Shown: positions 49,809 to 61,095, numbered from the stretch's first letter. The stretch: DNA of 64,000 nt from Pseudomonadota bacterium (GCA_021788645.1 JAJYKK010000001.1:71743-135742); one strand, 5' to 3'. The notes: generated by a model from the sequence alone, not told the origin. A program made the numbers and translations.

Positions 49809-50561
49809 ATGTTTAACAGGCTGAGGGAAGATGTGTCGGTGGTTTTCGAGCGGGATCCGGCCGCCCGTTCCGCCTGGGAAATCCTCACGACCTATCCCGG
49901 CATTCACGCGATCGTCTTCCATCGGCTGGCGCACCGGCTCTGGGGCTGGCGCTTCCGCTGGCTGGCGCGTTATGTGTCCTATCTGGCGCGCTGGCTCACC
50001 GGCATCGAGATTCATCCGGCGGCGAGGGTCGGACGGCGCGTGTTCATTGATCACGGCATGGGCGTGGTGATCGGAGAGACCGCCGAAATCGGCGATGACA
50101 CGACCTTGTACCATGGCGTGACCCTGGGCGGGACGACCTGGAACAAGGGCAAGCGGCATCCCACCCTGGGTACCGGCGTGGTGGTCGGGGCCGGTGCCAA
50201 GATTCTCGGGCCGATCATCATTGGGGACGGCGCCAAGGTCGGGTCCAACGCGGTGGTCGTCAAGGATGTCCCGGCGGGGGCGACGGCGGTGGGTATCCCC
50301 GCCCGCATCGTCGATGCCGAGCATGAGAAGCGCAAGGCGCAGAAGGCCGAAACGATCGGCTTCAGCGCTTACGCCATCAGCCAGGACATGAGCGATCCCA
50401 TCGTCAAGGCGATCCACGGGCTGATCGATCACAGCGCGGAAACGGACTTGCGGATCGAGCGCCTGATCGAGCAGTTGCAGCGCCTCGGCGCCTCGGTGGA
50501 AGCGGGCCAAGCCGAGAAACCAGCCTTTGATCCTGCTTATCTCAATAAGATCGTGGACTGA
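49809..50561 (+). CDS. cysE: Serine O-acetyltransferase
   Basis: [29 protein letters not shown]...[30 protein letters not shown] hexapeptide repeats. Confidence 0.9.
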   Translation: MFNRLREDVSVVFERDPAARSAWEILTTYPGIHAIVFHRLAHRLWGWRFRWLARYVSYLARWLTGIEIHPAARVGRRVFIDHGMGVVIGETAEIGDDTTLYHGVTLGGTTWNKGKRHPTLGTGVVVGAGAKILGPIIIGDGAKVGSNAVVVKDVPAGATAVGIPARIVDAEHEKRKAQKAETIGFSAYAISQDMSDPIVKAIHGLIDHSAETDLRIERLIEQLQRLGASVEAGQAEKPAFDPAYLNKIVD

Positions 50562-50576
50562 ACGGCCGACCGATTA

Positions 50577-50609
50577 ATAGTTGACCAATTTAATCGGGTA
50601 TTGTATAGT
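50577..50609 (+). promoter_or_regulatory. iscR promoter (TTGACC-17-TATAGT) overlapped by a type-1 IscR binding site
   Basis: ATAGTTGACCAATTTAATCGGGTAT (50577-50601) matches 23/25 of the type-1 IscR consensus ATASYYGACTRWWWYAGTCRRSTAT. -35 at 50581-50586 and -10 at 50604-50609. Confidence 0.7.
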
Positions 50610-50653
50610 TTGGCTGTGTCGATTTTAAGTGTTTCCTCAGAGGCGGGCAAGAC

Positions 50654-51121
50654 ATGCGATTGACAACCAAGGGGCGTTTCGCAGTGACAGCCATGATCGA
50701 TCTGGCCCAAAGACATGGGGAGGGGCCCGTGACCTTGGCCGGGATCAGTGACCGTCAGAAGATTTCGTTGTCTTATTTGGAGCAGTTGTTCGGCAAGCTC
50801 CGACGCCATGCGCTGGTGGAGAGCGTGCGCGGCCCCGGCGGCGGCTATTGTCTCGCGCGGCAGATGGGCGAGGTGTCGGTGGCCGACATCATCCAGGCGG
50901 TGGATGAGCCCATCGACGCGACGCAATGCGGCGGGCGGGAAAACTGCCGCGACGAGAGCCGCTGCATGACGCACGAACTGTGGACCAACCTGAACGCGAA
51001 GATTTTCGAGTATCTCTCCTCAATCACGCTGGAGGATTTGGTGGAAGGCCAGGCGCCGCGCAATATCGCCATTCTGGCCGACCAGCGGGAAGCCCTGCAG
51101 GGGCGTGCGGGGGCCGCTTGA
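50654..51121 (+). CDS. iscR: Fe-S cluster assembly transcriptional regulator IscR
   Basis: [18 protein letters not shown]...[14 protein letters not shown] (Rrf2 HTH) and cluster-ligand Cys residues (CGGRENC..C). Confidence 0.95.
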   Translation: MRLTTKGRFAVTAMIDLAQRHGEGPVTLAGISDRQKISLSYLEQLFGKLRRHALVESVRGPGGGYCLARQMGEVSVADIIQAVDEPIDATQCGGRENCRDESRCMTHELWTNLNAKIFEYLSSITLEDLVEGQAPRNIAILADQREALQGRAGAA

Positions 51122-51218
51122 CGCGCGGGGAGGGGGCAAGGGGCGGGTGGGCGATGAACAAGCAACCTCCGGCGGCGCCTGGTTTTCGGGCCGGCGGATA
51201 TCAAGAGTGGAGAGTGTA

Positions 51219-52430
51219 ATGGTGAAGCTGCCAATCTACATGGACTATTCGGCGACGACGCCGGTCGACCCGCGGGTGGCCGAGAAGATGATCCCGTACC
51301 TGACGGATTACTTCGGCAATCCGGCCAGCCGTTCGCATGTTTTCGGGTGGACCGCGGAAAAGGCGGTGGAGACGGCTCGGGCGCAGGTGGCCGAGCTCGT
51401 GCACGCCGATCCCAAGGAGATCATCTGGACGTCCGGCGCCACGGAATCGGACAACCTTGCGCTCAAGGGAGCCGCTCACTTCTACAAGGGCAAGGGCAAG
51501 CACCTGGTGAGCGTCAAGACGGAGCACAAGGCCGTTCTCGACACGCTGCGCGAGCTTGAGCGCGAAGGATTCGAGGTCACCTATCTCGATCCGCAGCCCA
51601 ATGGCCTGCTCGATCTTGCAGCCCTCGAGGCGGCGTTGCGCCCGGACACCATCGTGGTGTCGGTCATGCACGTGAACAATGAGATCGGGGTCGTCCAGGA
51701 CATCGCGGCGATCGGCGAGATTTGCCGCGCCCGGGGGATCCTCTTCCATGTCGATGCGGCTCAGTCGACCGGAAAGGAGGCGATCGACCTGTCCCGGCTC
51801 AAGGTGGACCTGATGTCTTTTTCCGCGCACAAGACCTACGGGCCGAAAGGCATCGGCGCGCTGTACGTGCGCCGCAAGCCGCGCGTGCGGATCGAGGCGC
51901 AGATGCATGGCGGGGGGCATGAACGGGGTCTGCGCTCGGGGACGCTCGCCACGCACCAGATCGTCGGCATGGGGGAGGCGTTCCGGATCGCGGGAGAGGA
52001 GATGGCGGCGGAGAACGCGCGGATTGGTCGCCTGCGGGACCGGCTGCTGACGGGCTTGAACCGCATGGAGGAGGTCTATGTGAACGGGGACCTGGCGCGT
52101 CGGATCCCGCACAATCTCAATATGAGCTTCAATTTCGTGGAAGGCGAGTCTCTCATCATGGCGGTCAAGGACCTGGCCGTCTCGAGCGGGTCGGCCTGTA
52201 CCTCGGCCAGCCTGGAGCCGTCGTATGTCTTGAAGGCGCTGGGCCGCAACGACGAACTGGCCCACAGCTCGATCCGTTTCACGATCGGGCGCTTTACCAC
52301 CGAGCAGGAAATCGATTACACCGTCTCCCTGCTCCAGGAGAAGATCGGCAAATTGCGCGAGCTCTCCCCGCTGTGGGAGATGTACAAGGACGGCGTCGAC
52401 CTGGCCAGCGTCCAGTGGGCGGCCCATTGA
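51219..52430 (+). CDS. iscS: Cysteine desulfurase IscS
   Basis: [18 protein letters not shown]...[16 protein letters not shown]...SSGSACTS. Confidence 0.95.
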   Translation: MVKLPIYMDYSATTPVDPRVAEKMIPYLTDYFGNPASRSHVFGWTAEKAVETARAQVAELVHADPKEIIWTSGATESDNLALKGAAHFYKGKGKHLVSVKTEHKAVLDTLRELEREGFEVTYLDPQPNGLLDLAALEAALRPDTIVVSVMHVNNEIGVVQDIAAIGEICRARGILFHVDAAQSTGKEAIDLSRLKVDLMSFSAHKTYGPKGIGALYVRRKPRVRIEAQMHGGGHERGLRSGTLATHQIVGMGEAFRIAGEEMAAENARIGRLRDRLLTGLNRMEEVYVNGDLARRIPHNLNMSFNFVEGESLIMAVKDLAVSSGSACTSASLEPSYVLKALGRNDELAHSSIRFTIGRFTTEQEIDYTVSLLQEKIGKLRELSPLWEMYKDGVDLASVQWAAH

Positions 52431-52486
52431 CGCGGGCGCAACGCCGGTTTGATTCCGCAGGCGATTAAACGGTAAGGAGATCATCG

Positions 52487-52900
52487 ATGGCATATAGCGA
52501 CAAGGTGTTGGACCATTACGAGAACCCGCGTAACGTGGGGGCTTTCGACAAAGGCGACGAGGGTGTCGGCACCGGCATGGTGGGCGCGCCGGCATGCGGT
52601 GACGTCATGAAGCTGCAGATCAAGGTCAACGACGAAGGCGTGATCGAGGATGCGCGCTTCAAGACCTATGGTTGCGGATCGGCGATCGCATCGAGTTCGC
52701 TCGTGACCGAATGGGTGAAGGGCAAGACCCTGGACGAGGCGCTCGCGATCAAGAACACGCAGATTGCGGAAGAATTGGCGTTGCCGCCGGTCAAGATCCA
52801 CTGCTCGATCCTGGCGGAAGACGCGATCAAGGCCGCCGTCGCCGATTATCGCGAGAAGAGCGCTCCCACGGGGCGCGCGAAGGCGGCTTCCAACAACTGA
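52487..52900 (+). CDS. iscU: Fe-S cluster scaffold IscU
   Basis: MAYSDKVLDHYENPRNVG...GAPACGDVMKL...TYGCGSAIASSS...LPPVKIHCS. Confidence 0.95.
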   Translation: MAYSDKVLDHYENPRNVGAFDKGDEGVGTGMVGAPACGDVMKLQIKVNDEGVIEDARFKTYGCGSAIASSSLVTEWVKGKTLDEALAIKNTQIAEELALPPVKIHCSILAEDAIKAAVADYREKSAPTGRAKAASNN

Positions 52901-52922
52901 CAAGGATTTTTGAGGTACCACG

Positions 52923-53246
52923 ATGGCTATTACGCTTACGGAAGGGGCGGCGACCCACGTCAAGAAATTTCTTGCCAAGCGGGGCAAGGGCGCGGGCCTG
53001 CGTTTCGGGGTGCGCACATCCGGATGCTCCGGCCTGGCGTACAAGCTTGAGTTTGTCGACCTGCCGGGAGAAGATGACCTTCGTTTCGAGAGCCACGGGG
53101 TGACCGTGTTCGTGGATCCGAAGAGCCTCGAATACATCGATGGGACAGAACTCGATTTCGTCCGCGAAGGCCTGAACGAAGGCTTCAAGTTCAATAATCC
53201 GAGAGTGAAGGATCAGTGCGGCTGCGGCGAGAGTTTTAACGTCTGA
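52923..53246 (+). CDS. iscA: Fe-S cluster insertion protein IscA
   Basis: [19 protein letters not shown]...[14 protein letters not shown]. Confidence 0.95.
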   Translation: MAITLTEGAATHVKKFLAKRGKGAGLRFGVRTSGCSGLAYKLEFVDLPGEDDLRFESHGVTVFVDPKSLEYIDGTELDFVREGLNEGFKFNNPRVKDQCGCGESFNV

Positions 53247-53304
53247 GCGCACGAACGATACGGCGCGGCTTGGGCCCCGATGGACCAAGCCGCGCCCATG
53301 CACG

Positions 53305-53841
53305 ATGAGCGACTACGATTTCCATAAGAACCACTTCGAGCTGCTCGGGCTTCCGCCTCGTTTCCATCTCGATTCTGCGCGGCTGGACCAGGCCTACCGG
53401 GAGATCCAGGCCCAAGTCCATCCGGATCGGGTGGCTCACCTGGGGGCGGTGGAGCGGCGGGTGTCCATGCAATGGGCGACGGCCGCCAACGAGGCGTATC
53501 AGACGTTGCGCGACCCGCTGGCCCGTGCGCGTTACCTGCTGCACCTGCGCCACGTCGATACGCAAGAAGAGACCAACACCGCCATGCCGACGGCGTTCCT
53601 GATGGAGCAGATGGAATACCGCGAGGCCATCGCCGAGGCGAAGGCCTCGCACGATGCGCATGCGCTCGAGCGGCTGGAAGGGCAACTCAAGGAGAAGATC
53701 GTCCATCACCTCGCCGAGCTGGAGCGTGCGCTCGACCAGGCCCACGACGATGCGGCCGCGGCGAGCCTGGTGCGGAGCCTTCGTTTCCTGAACAAGATTG
53801 CGGCGGAGATCGCGGATGCGCTCGACGCCCTGGAGCAATGA
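53305..53841 (+). CDS. hscB: Co-chaperone HscB
   Basis: J-domain NHFELLGLPPRFHLD...VHPDR; position between iscA and hscA. Confidence 0.9.
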   Translation: MSDYDFHKNHFELLGLPPRFHLDSARLDQAYREIQAQVHPDRVAHLGAVERRVSMQWATAANEAYQTLRDPLARARYLLHLRHVDTQEETNTAMPTAFLMEQMEYREAIAEAKASHDAHALERLEGQLKEKIVHHLAELERALDQAHDDAAAASLVRSLRFLNKIAAEIADALDALEQ

Positions 53842-55710
53842 ATGGCCTTATTGCAGATCGCCGAACCGGGCATGAGCACCGATCCCCATCGCCACCGCCT
53901 GGCGGTCGGGATCGATCTGGGAACGACCAATTCCCTGGTGGCGACCGTGCGCAACGGCATCTCGGTGGTCATCAACGACGAGCAGGGGAGAGCGTTGCTT
54001 CCGTCGGTGGTGCGCTACCGCCCGGAAGAGGCGCCGCAGGTGGGCTATGCGGCCCAGCGTGCCCAGAGCGAGGACCCCTACAACACCATCGTGTCTGTCA
54101 AGCGGCTGATGGGGCGCGGGCTTCACGATCTGGCGGACGCCGGCAACCTTCCCTATGCCTTCGTCGATGCGCCGGGCATGGTGCAGCTCAAGACCGCGTG
54201 CGGGATCAAGAGCCCGGTCGAGGTCTCGGCGGAAATCCTGAAGCGCCTGCGCGAGCGCGCAGAGCATGCGTTGGGGGGCGAGATGGTCGGCGCGGTGATC
54301 ACGGTGCCCGCCTACTTCGACGATGCGCAGCGGCAGGCCACCAAGGACGCGGCCAAGCTTGCCGGGCTCAATGTCTTGCGGCTGCTCAATGAACCTACCG
54401 CAGCCGCCGTGGCCTATGGGCTGGACAACGCGGCCGAAGGGATTTATGCGGTCTACGATTTGGGCGGCGGGACTTTCGACATCTCGATCCTGCGCCTTTC
54501 GCAGGGGATCTTCGAAGTCCTGGCGACCAACGGCGATGCGGCGCTCGGCGGCGACGACTTCGATCACCGCATTTACTGCTGGATCCTCGAACAATCGTCG
54601 CTGGCCCCGCTTTCGGCACAGGACACGCGCCTGTTGTTGACCAAGGCCAGGGAGGCTAAGGAGACCCTGACCGAATACCCCGAGGTGCGCATCACGGCGG
54701 TCCTGTCGACCGGGGAGATGGTCGATCTCCTGCTGACGGCCCAGGTGTTCGATGCGCTCACCGCGAGCCTGGTCGGCAAGACGCTCGGGCCGACCCGGAA
54801 GGCGTTGCGGGATGCGGGCCTCACCGCCGATCAGGTCAAGGGGGTGGTGATGGTGGGCGGGGCGACCCGCATGCCCCAGATCCAGCGCACCGTTGCACAG
54901 TACTTCAAGCAGGAACCGCTCAACAACCTGGATCCGGACAAGGTCGTGGCTTTGGGGGCGGCGATTCAGGCGAACGTGCTGGCCGGCAACCGGGTCGCCG
55001 ACGACTGGTTGCTGCTCGATGTCATTCCGCTGTCTTTGGGCATCGAGACCATGGGCGGGCTCGTGGAGCGCATCGTTCCGCGCAATTCCACGCTGCCGAC
55101 GGCCCGTGCGCAGGATTTCACGACCTTCAAGGATGGCCAGACGGCCATGAGTTTTCATGTGGTGCAAGGCGAGCGCGAGCTGGTCGCCGACTGCCGCTCG
55201 CTCGCCAAATTCGAGCTGCGCGGGATTCCCCCCATGGCGGCCGGGGCCGCGCGCATCCGGGTCACGCTGCAAGTGGATGCCGATGGCCTCTTGAGCGTGT
55301 CCGCACGTGAGGAAAGCACAGGGGTAGAGGCCTCGGTGGCCGTCAAGCCGTCGTATGGATTGACGGATGACGACATTACGCGGATGCTCAAGGATTCCTA
55401 CGTGCATGCCAAGGAGGATGTGCACGCGCGGGCGCTGCGCGAAGCGCAAGTCGAGGGCAGGCGCCTGGTCGAGGCGACGCAGGCGGCGCTGGCCGCGGAT
55501 GGGGACGCGCTGTTGTCCGCCGCGGAGCGCGCGGATATCGCCCAGGGGGTGAGTGCGCTTGCGGCAGCGCTGGAAGGCAGCGATCTGGCCGGTCTCAAGC
55601 GCGCGGTGGAGAAACTCAATGGCATGACCGTCGAGTTCGCCTCGCGCCGCATGGATGCGAGCGTACGCAAGGCGCTGTCGGGCCAACGGATCGAGGATGT
55701 GGAGTGTTGA
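53842..55710 (+). CDS. hscA: Fe-S cluster chaperone HscA (Hsp70 family)
   Basis: [15 protein letters not shown]...[19 protein letters not shown]...[12 protein letters not shown]. Confidence 0.95.
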   Translation: MALLQIAEPGMSTDPHRHRLAVGIDLGTTNSLVATVRNGISVVINDEQGRALLPSVVRYRPEEAPQVGYAAQRAQSEDPYNTIVSVKRLMGRGLHDLADAGNLPYAFVDAPGMVQLKTACGIKSPVEVSAEILKRLRERAEHALGGEMVGAVITVPAYFDDAQRQATKDAAKLAGLNVLRLLNEPTAAAVAYGLDNAAEGIYAVYDLGGGTFDISILRLSQGIFEVLATNGDAALGGDDFDHRIYCWILEQSSLAPLSAQDTRLLLTKAREAKETLTEYPEVRITAVLSTGEMVDLLLTAQVFDALTASLVGKTLGPTRKALRDAGLTADQVKGVVMVGGATRMPQIQRTVAQYFKQEPLNNLDPDKVVALGAAIQANVLAGNRVADDWLLLDVIPLSLGIETMGGLVERIVPRNSTLPTARAQDFTTFKDGQTAMSFHVVQGERELVADCRSLAKFELRGIPPMAAGAARIRVTLQVDADGLLSVSAREESTGVEASVAVKPSYGLTDDDITRMLKDSYVHAKEDVHARALREAQVEGRRLVEATQAALAADGDALLSAAERADIAQGVSALAAALEGSDLAGLKRAVEKLNGMTVEFASRRMDASVRKALSGQRIEDVEC

Positions 55711-55738
55711 TGGATGCACTAGACCGGGAGGGTGGCCG

Positions 55739-56077
55739 ATGCCCCAGTTGATCGTCCTGCCCCATGAAGAGTTGTGCCCCGAAGGCGCCGTCATCGACGC
55801 CGTCCCGGGTGCGTCGATCTGCGACACCTTGCTGAACAACGGCATTGAGATCGAGCACGCCTGCGAGAAATCGTGCGCCTGCACGACCTGCCACGTCATC
55901 GTGCGGGAAGGATTCGCCTCCCTCAATCCCTCGGAGGAGGAAGAGGATGACCTGCTCGACAAGGCCTGGGGCTTGGAGCCGACCTCCCGTCTGAGCTGCC
56001 AGGCCGTGGTCGATTCCGCCGACCTGGTGATCGAGATTCCCAAGTACACCATCAACATGGTCAAGGAGGGGCGCTGA
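55739..56077 (+). CDS. fdx: [2Fe-2S] ferredoxin of the ISC system
   Basis: MPQLIVLPHEELCPEG...EHACEKSCACTTCHV...SRLSCQ. Confidence 0.9.
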   Translation: MPQLIVLPHEELCPEGAVIDAVPGASICDTLLNNGIEIEHACEKSCACTTCHVIVREGFASLNPSEEEEDDLLDKAWGLEPTSRLSCQAVVDSADLVIEIPKYTINMVKEGR

Positions 56078-56271
56078 TGAAGTGGACCGACACGCTCGAC
56101 GTCGCGCTGGCGCTTTGCGAGCGCTATCCCGACGTGGATCCGCGGTACGTGCGATTCACGGATCTCCATCGCTGGGTGACGGCGCTTGAAGGCTTCGCCG
56201 ACGCGCCCGAGCGCTCCAATGAGAAAATCCTCGAAGCCATCCAGATGGCCTGGATCGAGGAAATGGACTGA
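56077..56271 (+). CDS. iscX: Fe-S assembly protein IscX (YfhJ)
   Basis: MKWTDTLDVALALCERYPDVDPRYVRFTDLHRWV...; 64 aa and acidic; 1-nt overlap with the fdx stop (TGATG). Confidence 0.85.
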   Translation: MKWTDTLDVALALCERYPDVDPRYVRFTDLHRWVTALEGFADAPERSNEKILEAIQMAWIEEMD

Positions 56272-56403
56272 GACGCATCGCCCCCGGGGGACCCGTTTGC
56301 GCCGGGTCCGCTTGCGCCCGAGCCGGCTGCAACCCTCCTTCAGGGTTTCCTCCAACAACCGAACCTAATTCGGTGTCATTAAACGTTTTGTCGCCAATGA
56401 CGA

Positions 56404-56420
56404 CGTGTTAAACTAACACG
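56404..56420. promoter_or_regulatory. Perfect palindrome CGTGTTA-AAC-TAACACG just upstream of the flhB RBS
   Basis: Seen directly in the sequence: a 7-bp arm hairpin or operator in the AT-rich flhB leader. A second 6-bp inverted repeat, GTCATT...AATGAC, lies just upstream. Confidence 0.3.
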
Positions 56421-56434
56421 CCAGAGAGGACGGC

Positions 56435-57577
56435 ATGGCAGATGACAGCGATCTAGAACGAACAGAGCCTGCGTCAGGCAGGCGCCTGGATGAGGCGCGC
56501 GCGAAGGGACAGGTTCCGCGCTCGCGGGAGCTGGGCACGCTTGCCGTCTTGTTCGCCGGCGGCGGGACGCTCATGCTTATGGGGGATAGCCTCATGGGGC
56601 ATCTCGAGGCGCTGATGCGGCAAGGCCTTACCCTGGCGCCCGGCGAGTCGTTGGGCGGCGCCGCGCTGTTCGAGCGCTTCCAGCACGAGGTCTATGGGAC
56701 CTTGCTCGCATTTCTCCCGTTCCTCGCGGTTCTCGTGGTCGCCGCGGTGGGTTCCTCGGTGCTCTTGAGCGGCTGGCTTTTCTCGTTCGAGGCCCTTCAA
56801 CCCAGTTTCTCCCGCCTGAACCCGATTTCCGGCCTGTCGAGGCTCGTCTCGCTGCATGGGCTGATCGAGCTCGTCAAGGCGCTGGTCAAGACCGTAGTGG
56901 TCGGCGGCATTGCCGCCTGGGTCATCTGGGGGCGGCTGGGGGCCCTGATGGGGCTTGCGCAGGAGCCATTTCGCCAAGCGACGGCCCAGATGGCCCACTT
57001 GACCGGCACGACCTTCCTGCTGGTTTCCGCCTCCATGGTGCTGATTGCCCTGTTCGACGTGCCTTACCAGCTCTGGGATTACAACGAGAACCTCAAGATG
57101 ACCAAGGAGGAGGTTCGCCAGGAAGCCAAGGAGAGCGAGGGCGATCCGCACATCAAGGCGCGCATTCGCGCTCTCCAGCGGGAGGCGGCCCGTCGCCGCA
57201 TGATGGCGGCCGTGCCCAAGGCGGACGTGATCGTGGTCAACCCCACCCGCTACGCGGTTGCGTTGCAATATCAGGATGATCGCATGCGCGCGCCGCAGGT
57301 GGTGGCCAAGGGCGAACGGCTGGTGGCCAGGCGCATTCTGGAGCTGGCCGAGGAGAGCCACGTTCCGGTGCTGCGTGCGCCGCCGCTCGCCCGTGCCTTG
57401 TACCATCATGCGGAACTGGGAGCGGAGATCCCGGCGGCCCTTTATACCGCGGTGGCGGAAGTGCTCGCCTACATCTACCAGCTGCGCCGCTATCACAGCG
57501 CCGGCGGGGTTCCCCCTGCGCCTCCCGAGGCCCTGCCTGTGCCGCCCGCTCTCGATCCGGGAGGTGAGCCCGCATGA
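56435..57577 (+). CDS. flhB: Flagellar type III export switch protein FlhB
   Basis: DLERTEPASGRRLDEARAKGQVPRSREL..., the NPTRYAVAL autocleavage site (NPTH variant), and KMTKEEVRQEAKESEGDPHIK. Confidence 0.95.
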   Translation: MADDSDLERTEPASGRRLDEARAKGQVPRSRELGTLAVLFAGGGTLMLMGDSLMGHLEALMRQGLTLAPGESLGGAALFERFQHEVYGTLLAFLPFLAVLVVAAVGSSVLLSGWLFSFEALQPSFSRLNPISGLSRLVSLHGLIELVKALVKTVVVGGIAAWVIWGRLGALMGLAQEPFRQATAQMAHLTGTTFLLVSASMVLIALFDVPYQLWDYNENLKMTKEEVRQEAKESEGDPHIKARIRALQREAARRRMMAAVPKADVIVVNPTRYAVALQYQDDRMRAPQVVAKGERLVARRILELAEESHVPVLRAPPLARALYHHAELGAEIPAALYTAVAEVLAYIYQLRRYHSAGGVPPAPPEALPVPPALDPGGEPA

Positions 57578-59658
57578 ATGCCCAGGTCAACACGCCATCC
57601 GTGCTGGGCGGCTTCGACTTGAGACGGCTTGCCGGCCCGGTGCTGGTCATCATGATTCTGGCCATGATGATCCTGCCCCTGCCGCCCTTCCTGCTTGATC
57701 TGCTGTTCACCTTCAACATCGCCCTCGCGATGATCGTGCTGCTGGTGAGCCTTTACACGCGGGAGGCGCTGGAATTCTCGGTGTTTCCCACGGTTCTGCT
57801 GCTCACCACGCTCCTGCGTCTGTCTTTGAACGTCGCCTCGACGCGGATCGTATTGCTGCGCGGCCACACGGGTCCGGCGGCGGCAGGCCATGTGATCGAG
57901 GCGTTCGGGCATTTCCTGGTCGGGGGCAATTACGCCGTCGGCCTGGTGGTGTTCGCCATCCTGGTCGTCATCAATTTCGTCGTGATCACCAAGGGTGCCG
58001 GACGGATCGCCGAAGTGAGCGCCCGCTTCACCCTGGACGCCATGCCGGGCAAGCAGATGGCGATCGATGCCGACCTCAATTCGGGCCTCATCGCCGAGGA
58101 CGAGGCGCGCAGGAGGCGCGCGGAGATCGCGCAGGAGGCCGACTTCTACGGCGCCATGGATGGCGCGAGCAAGTTCGTCCGCGGCGATGCGGTGGCCGGC
58201 ATCATCATCATGGTGATCAACATCGTCGGCGGTCTGGCGGTGGGGGTGTTCCAGCACGATATGCCGCTCGCCAAGGCGGTGAACAACTATACCCTGCTGA
58301 CTATCGGCGACGGGCTGGTCGCGCAGATCCCGGCGCTGGTGATCTCGACCGCCGCCGGTATCGTGGTGAGCCGCGTGTCCACCGAAGAGGACCTGAGCCA
58401 GCAGCTGCTGGGGCAGATCTTCCAGAGGACCCAGGTGCTGTATATCGCCGGTTCCGTGCTCGCGATCCTTGGCCTCATCCCGAGCATGCCGCACGTCGCC
58501 TTCCTGATGGTGGCCGCCCTTCTGGGCGGCATCGCCTACTACAGGGAACGCCAGGAGGAGCTGCGCGCGGCGGTGCCGCCTCCGCCGCCGGCGGCGCCCC
58601 CCGAGCCGGTCGAGGTCAGTTGGGACGATGTCCAGCCGGTGGATATCCTGGGGCTCGAAGTCGGCTACCGGCTCATTCCCCTGGTCGACAAGGCGCAAGA
58701 TGGCGAGCTGTTGCGCCGGATTCGCGGCATCCGCAAGAAATTTGCCCAGGAGGTCGGGTTCCTGGTCCCGGCCGTGCATATCCGCGACAATCTCGAACTG
58801 CGGCCGAACGGCTATCGGGTTCTGTTGAAGGGGGTGGAGGTCGGCTTCGGCGAAGCGTTCGCCGGCATGTTTCTGGCCATCAATCCGGGCCGCGTGCTGG
58901 GCGCCTTGCCGGGACCGGAGACGCGAGACCCGACCTTTGGTTTGCCGGCGGTGTGGGTCGACGCCGGGATGCGCGAGCAGGCGCAGGGCTATGGCTATAC
59001 GGTGGTGGACGCCAGCACGGTGGTCGCGACCCATCTGAGCAACGTGATCCAAGGCCATGCCGCAGAGCTCCTCGGGCGCGAGGAGGTTCAGCAGCTTCTT
59101 GATCACTTGGCCAAGGACGCCCCCAAGCTGGTGGAAGAGGTGGTGCCCAAGCTGGTTCCCGTGGGCGTCTTGCACAAGGTGCTGCAGAATCTGCTGGAAG
59201 AAGAGGTGCACATCCGTGACATGCGCTCCATCATCGAAGCGCTGGCGGAGACCGGGGCGCGCACACAGGATGCCGACGAGCTCACGGCGGCGGTGCGGGT
59301 CAAACTGGGCCGTGCTATCATTCACGAGATTTTTTCGGGCGCGGCCGAATTGCAGGTCATCAGCCTGGACCCCTCTCTTGAGCATGTACTGATGCAGGCG
59401 ACGCTGACCAAAGGCGCCGAAGGCGCGGGTTTCGAGCCAGGCTTGGCGGAAAACTTGCTCCGCCAGGCCGCAAGCCGCACCCAAGCCCAGGAGCAGCTGG
59501 GGCTTCCGGCGGTCCTGCTGGTGCCGGCCCCGTTGCGCAGCGTGCTTTCCCGCTTCTTGCGCCGCGGCATTCCGCAGCTTAAGGTGGTCTCCCACGACGA
59601 GATTCCCGATTCCAAGACCATTAAGGTGACAGCTGTGCTGGGAGGCCGCGCATCGTGA
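57574..59658 (+). CDS. flhA: Flagellar type III export gate protein FlhA
   Basis: FNIALAMIVLLVSLY...VITKGAGRIAEVSARFTLDAMPGKQMAIDADL...; ATGA overlap with flhB. Confidence 0.95.
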   Translation: MNAQVNTPSVLGGFDLRRLAGPVLVIMILAMMILPLPPFLLDLLFTFNIALAMIVLLVSLYTREALEFSVFPTVLLLTTLLRLSLNVASTRIVLLRGHTGPAAAGHVIEAFGHFLVGGNYAVGLVVFAILVVINFVVITKGAGRIAEVSARFTLDAMPGKQMAIDADLNSGLIAEDEARRRRAEIAQEADFYGAMDGASKFVRGDAVAGIIIMVINIVGGLAVGVFQHDMPLAKAVNNYTLLTIGDGLVAQIPALVISTAAGIVVSRVSTEEDLSQQLLGQIFQRTQVLYIAGSVLAILGLIPSMPHVAFLMVAALLGGIAYYRERQEELRAAVPPPPPAAPPEPVEVSWDDVQPVDILGLEVGYRLIPLVDKAQDGELLRRIRGIRKKFAQEVGFLVPAVHIRDNLELRPNGYRVLLKGVEVGFGEAFAGMFLAINPGRVLGALPGPETRDPTFGLPAVWVDAGMREQAQGYGYTVVDASTVVATHLSNVIQGHAAELLGREEVQQLLDHLAKDAPKLVEEVVPKLVPVGVLHKVLQNLLEEEVHIRDMRSIIEALAETGARTQDADELTAAVRVKLGRAIIHEIFSGAAELQVISLDPSLEHVLMQATLTKGAEGAGFEPGLAENLLRQAASRTQAQEQLGLPAVLLVPAPLRSVLSRFLRRGIPQLKVVSHDEIPDSKTIKVTAVLGGRAS

Positions 59659-61094
59659 TCAGAAAATTCCACGCGAGCACGACGCGCGAAGCCCTGCGTC
59701 AGGTGCGCGATGCGCTGGGCGCGGACGCCATCATCCTCTCGAACCGCCAAGTGGCAGGCGGCGTCGAGATCATGGCTGTCGCCGACATGGATGTGGCGGC
59801 GCTGACCGCCCAGCAGCTGCAGTTCGCCACCGCCCGTGTAGGGGATCCCGTGGCTCCCCGCCGTGAGCCCACCCGGCTGCCTGCGGAGGCCGACCCCCGA
59901 CCGCCGAGGCCGGTTGCGCGCGAGGCCCAGGCCCCCCCGCCGCCCCCCGTACCGCAGGCCCCGGCAGCGCAGGTCCCGGCGGCGGCGCCTGCGGTTCCCG
60001 AGATGCCGCCGACGCCTAACTTGGCGGCGGTGCCCCCGGCGCCGGCCGCTCCTGCCGCGGTGCCGCCGCCGAATGGTGCCGAAGCAATGTCCGGTGGCGT
60101 GTCCTACGACGAGTTCAGGAACGAGCTTTTCCGTGAAATCAGGTTCTTGCGCGGCCTCCTGGAAGGCCAGCTGGCGGGGCTTGCGTGGACCGACCTGCGG
60201 CGGCGCGATCCGGCCAAGCTCGAGATCATGCGGCGCATGCTCAGTGCCGGCTTCAGCGCGACGCTCGGTCGCCAGTTGCTGGACAAGATGCCGGAGGGAT
60301 GCGACTTCGAGCGGGGATTCAAATGGGTCAAGGCGGCACTGGCCCACAACCTGCACGCGGTGTCGATCGGCGAGGATCTGGTGGAGCGAGGCGGGGTCTA
60401 TGCGCTGGTGGGCCCGACCGGAGTCGGCAAGACGACCACGGTCGCCAAGTTGGCGGCCCGCTGTACGTTGCGGCATGGCGCCGCCAAGCTGGCGCTTCTG
60501 ACCACGGACAGCTATCGGATCGGCGCCCATGACCAACTGCGCATTTATGGACGCATCCTGGGGGTACCCGTCTACTCGATCAAGGACGAGTCGGATCTCC
60601 AACTGACGCTCGCCGATTTGAAGAACCGCCACCTCGTGCTCATCGATACCGTCGGCATGAGCCAGCGCGACCGCCGGCTCGCCGACCAGGTGGCGCTGTT
60701 GTGCGGCGACGGGCGGGAGGTCAAGCGGCTCCTGCTGATCAGTGCCGTCTCGCAGGGCAATACGCTGGACGACGTCGTGCGGAGCTACCAGGGAACGGGC
60801 ATGAGCGGATGCATCCTGACCAAGGTCGACGAAGCGGTCGGCGTGGGATCTGGGCTTGACGTCATCATCCGCCATCGCCTGAGCCTGCATTATGTGACCA
60901 ACGGGCAGCGCGTGCCTGAGGATCTGCATCTGGCCAATTCGACCTATTTGGTGGACCGAGCCTTCAAGTCGGGGCAGGAGCAGGGCCCGTTTGGCGTCGA
61001 GGAAGCCGAAGCGCCGCTCCTCATGGCCACGGACTTCGGGAGCCAGTTGGAGGAGGCGGAATCCCGCCGCCTCAAGGCGACGCGACAGGGGTGA
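59655..61094 (+). CDS. flhF: Flagellar SRP-type GTPase FlhF
   Basis: MIRKFHASTTREALRQVRDALGADAIILSNR... and the G-domain ALVGPTGVGKTTTVAKLA...LIDTVGMSQRD...TKVDE. Has a long Pro/Ala-rich linker. Confidence 0.9.
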   Translation: MIRKFHASTTREALRQVRDALGADAIILSNRQVAGGVEIMAVADMDVAALTAQQLQFATARVGDPVAPRREPTRLPAEADPRPPRPVAREAQAPPPPPVPQAPAAQVPAAAPAVPEMPPTPNLAAVPPAPAAPAAVPPPNGAEAMSGGVSYDEFRNELFREIRFLRGLLEGQLAGLAWTDLRRRDPAKLEIMRRMLSAGFSATLGRQLLDKMPEGCDFERGFKWVKAALAHNLHAVSIGEDLVERGGVYALVGPTGVGKTTTVAKLAARCTLRHGAAKLALLTTDSYRIGAHDQLRIYGRILGVPVYSIKDESDLQLTLADLKNRHLVLIDTVGMSQRDRRLADQVALLCGDGREVKRLLLISAVSQGNTLDDVVRSYQGTGMSGCILTKVDEAVGVGSGLDVIIRHRLSLHYVTNGQRVPEDLHLANSTYLVDRAFKSGQEQGPFGVEEAEAPLLMATDFGSQLEEAESRRLKATRQG

Positions 61095-61095
61095 C

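Noticed and set aside
56375-56410. A sigma-28 promoter upstream of flhB (TAAA-N15-GACGACGT).
   Set aside because: Only 4/8 matches in the -10 element GCCGATAA. This is not better than chance.
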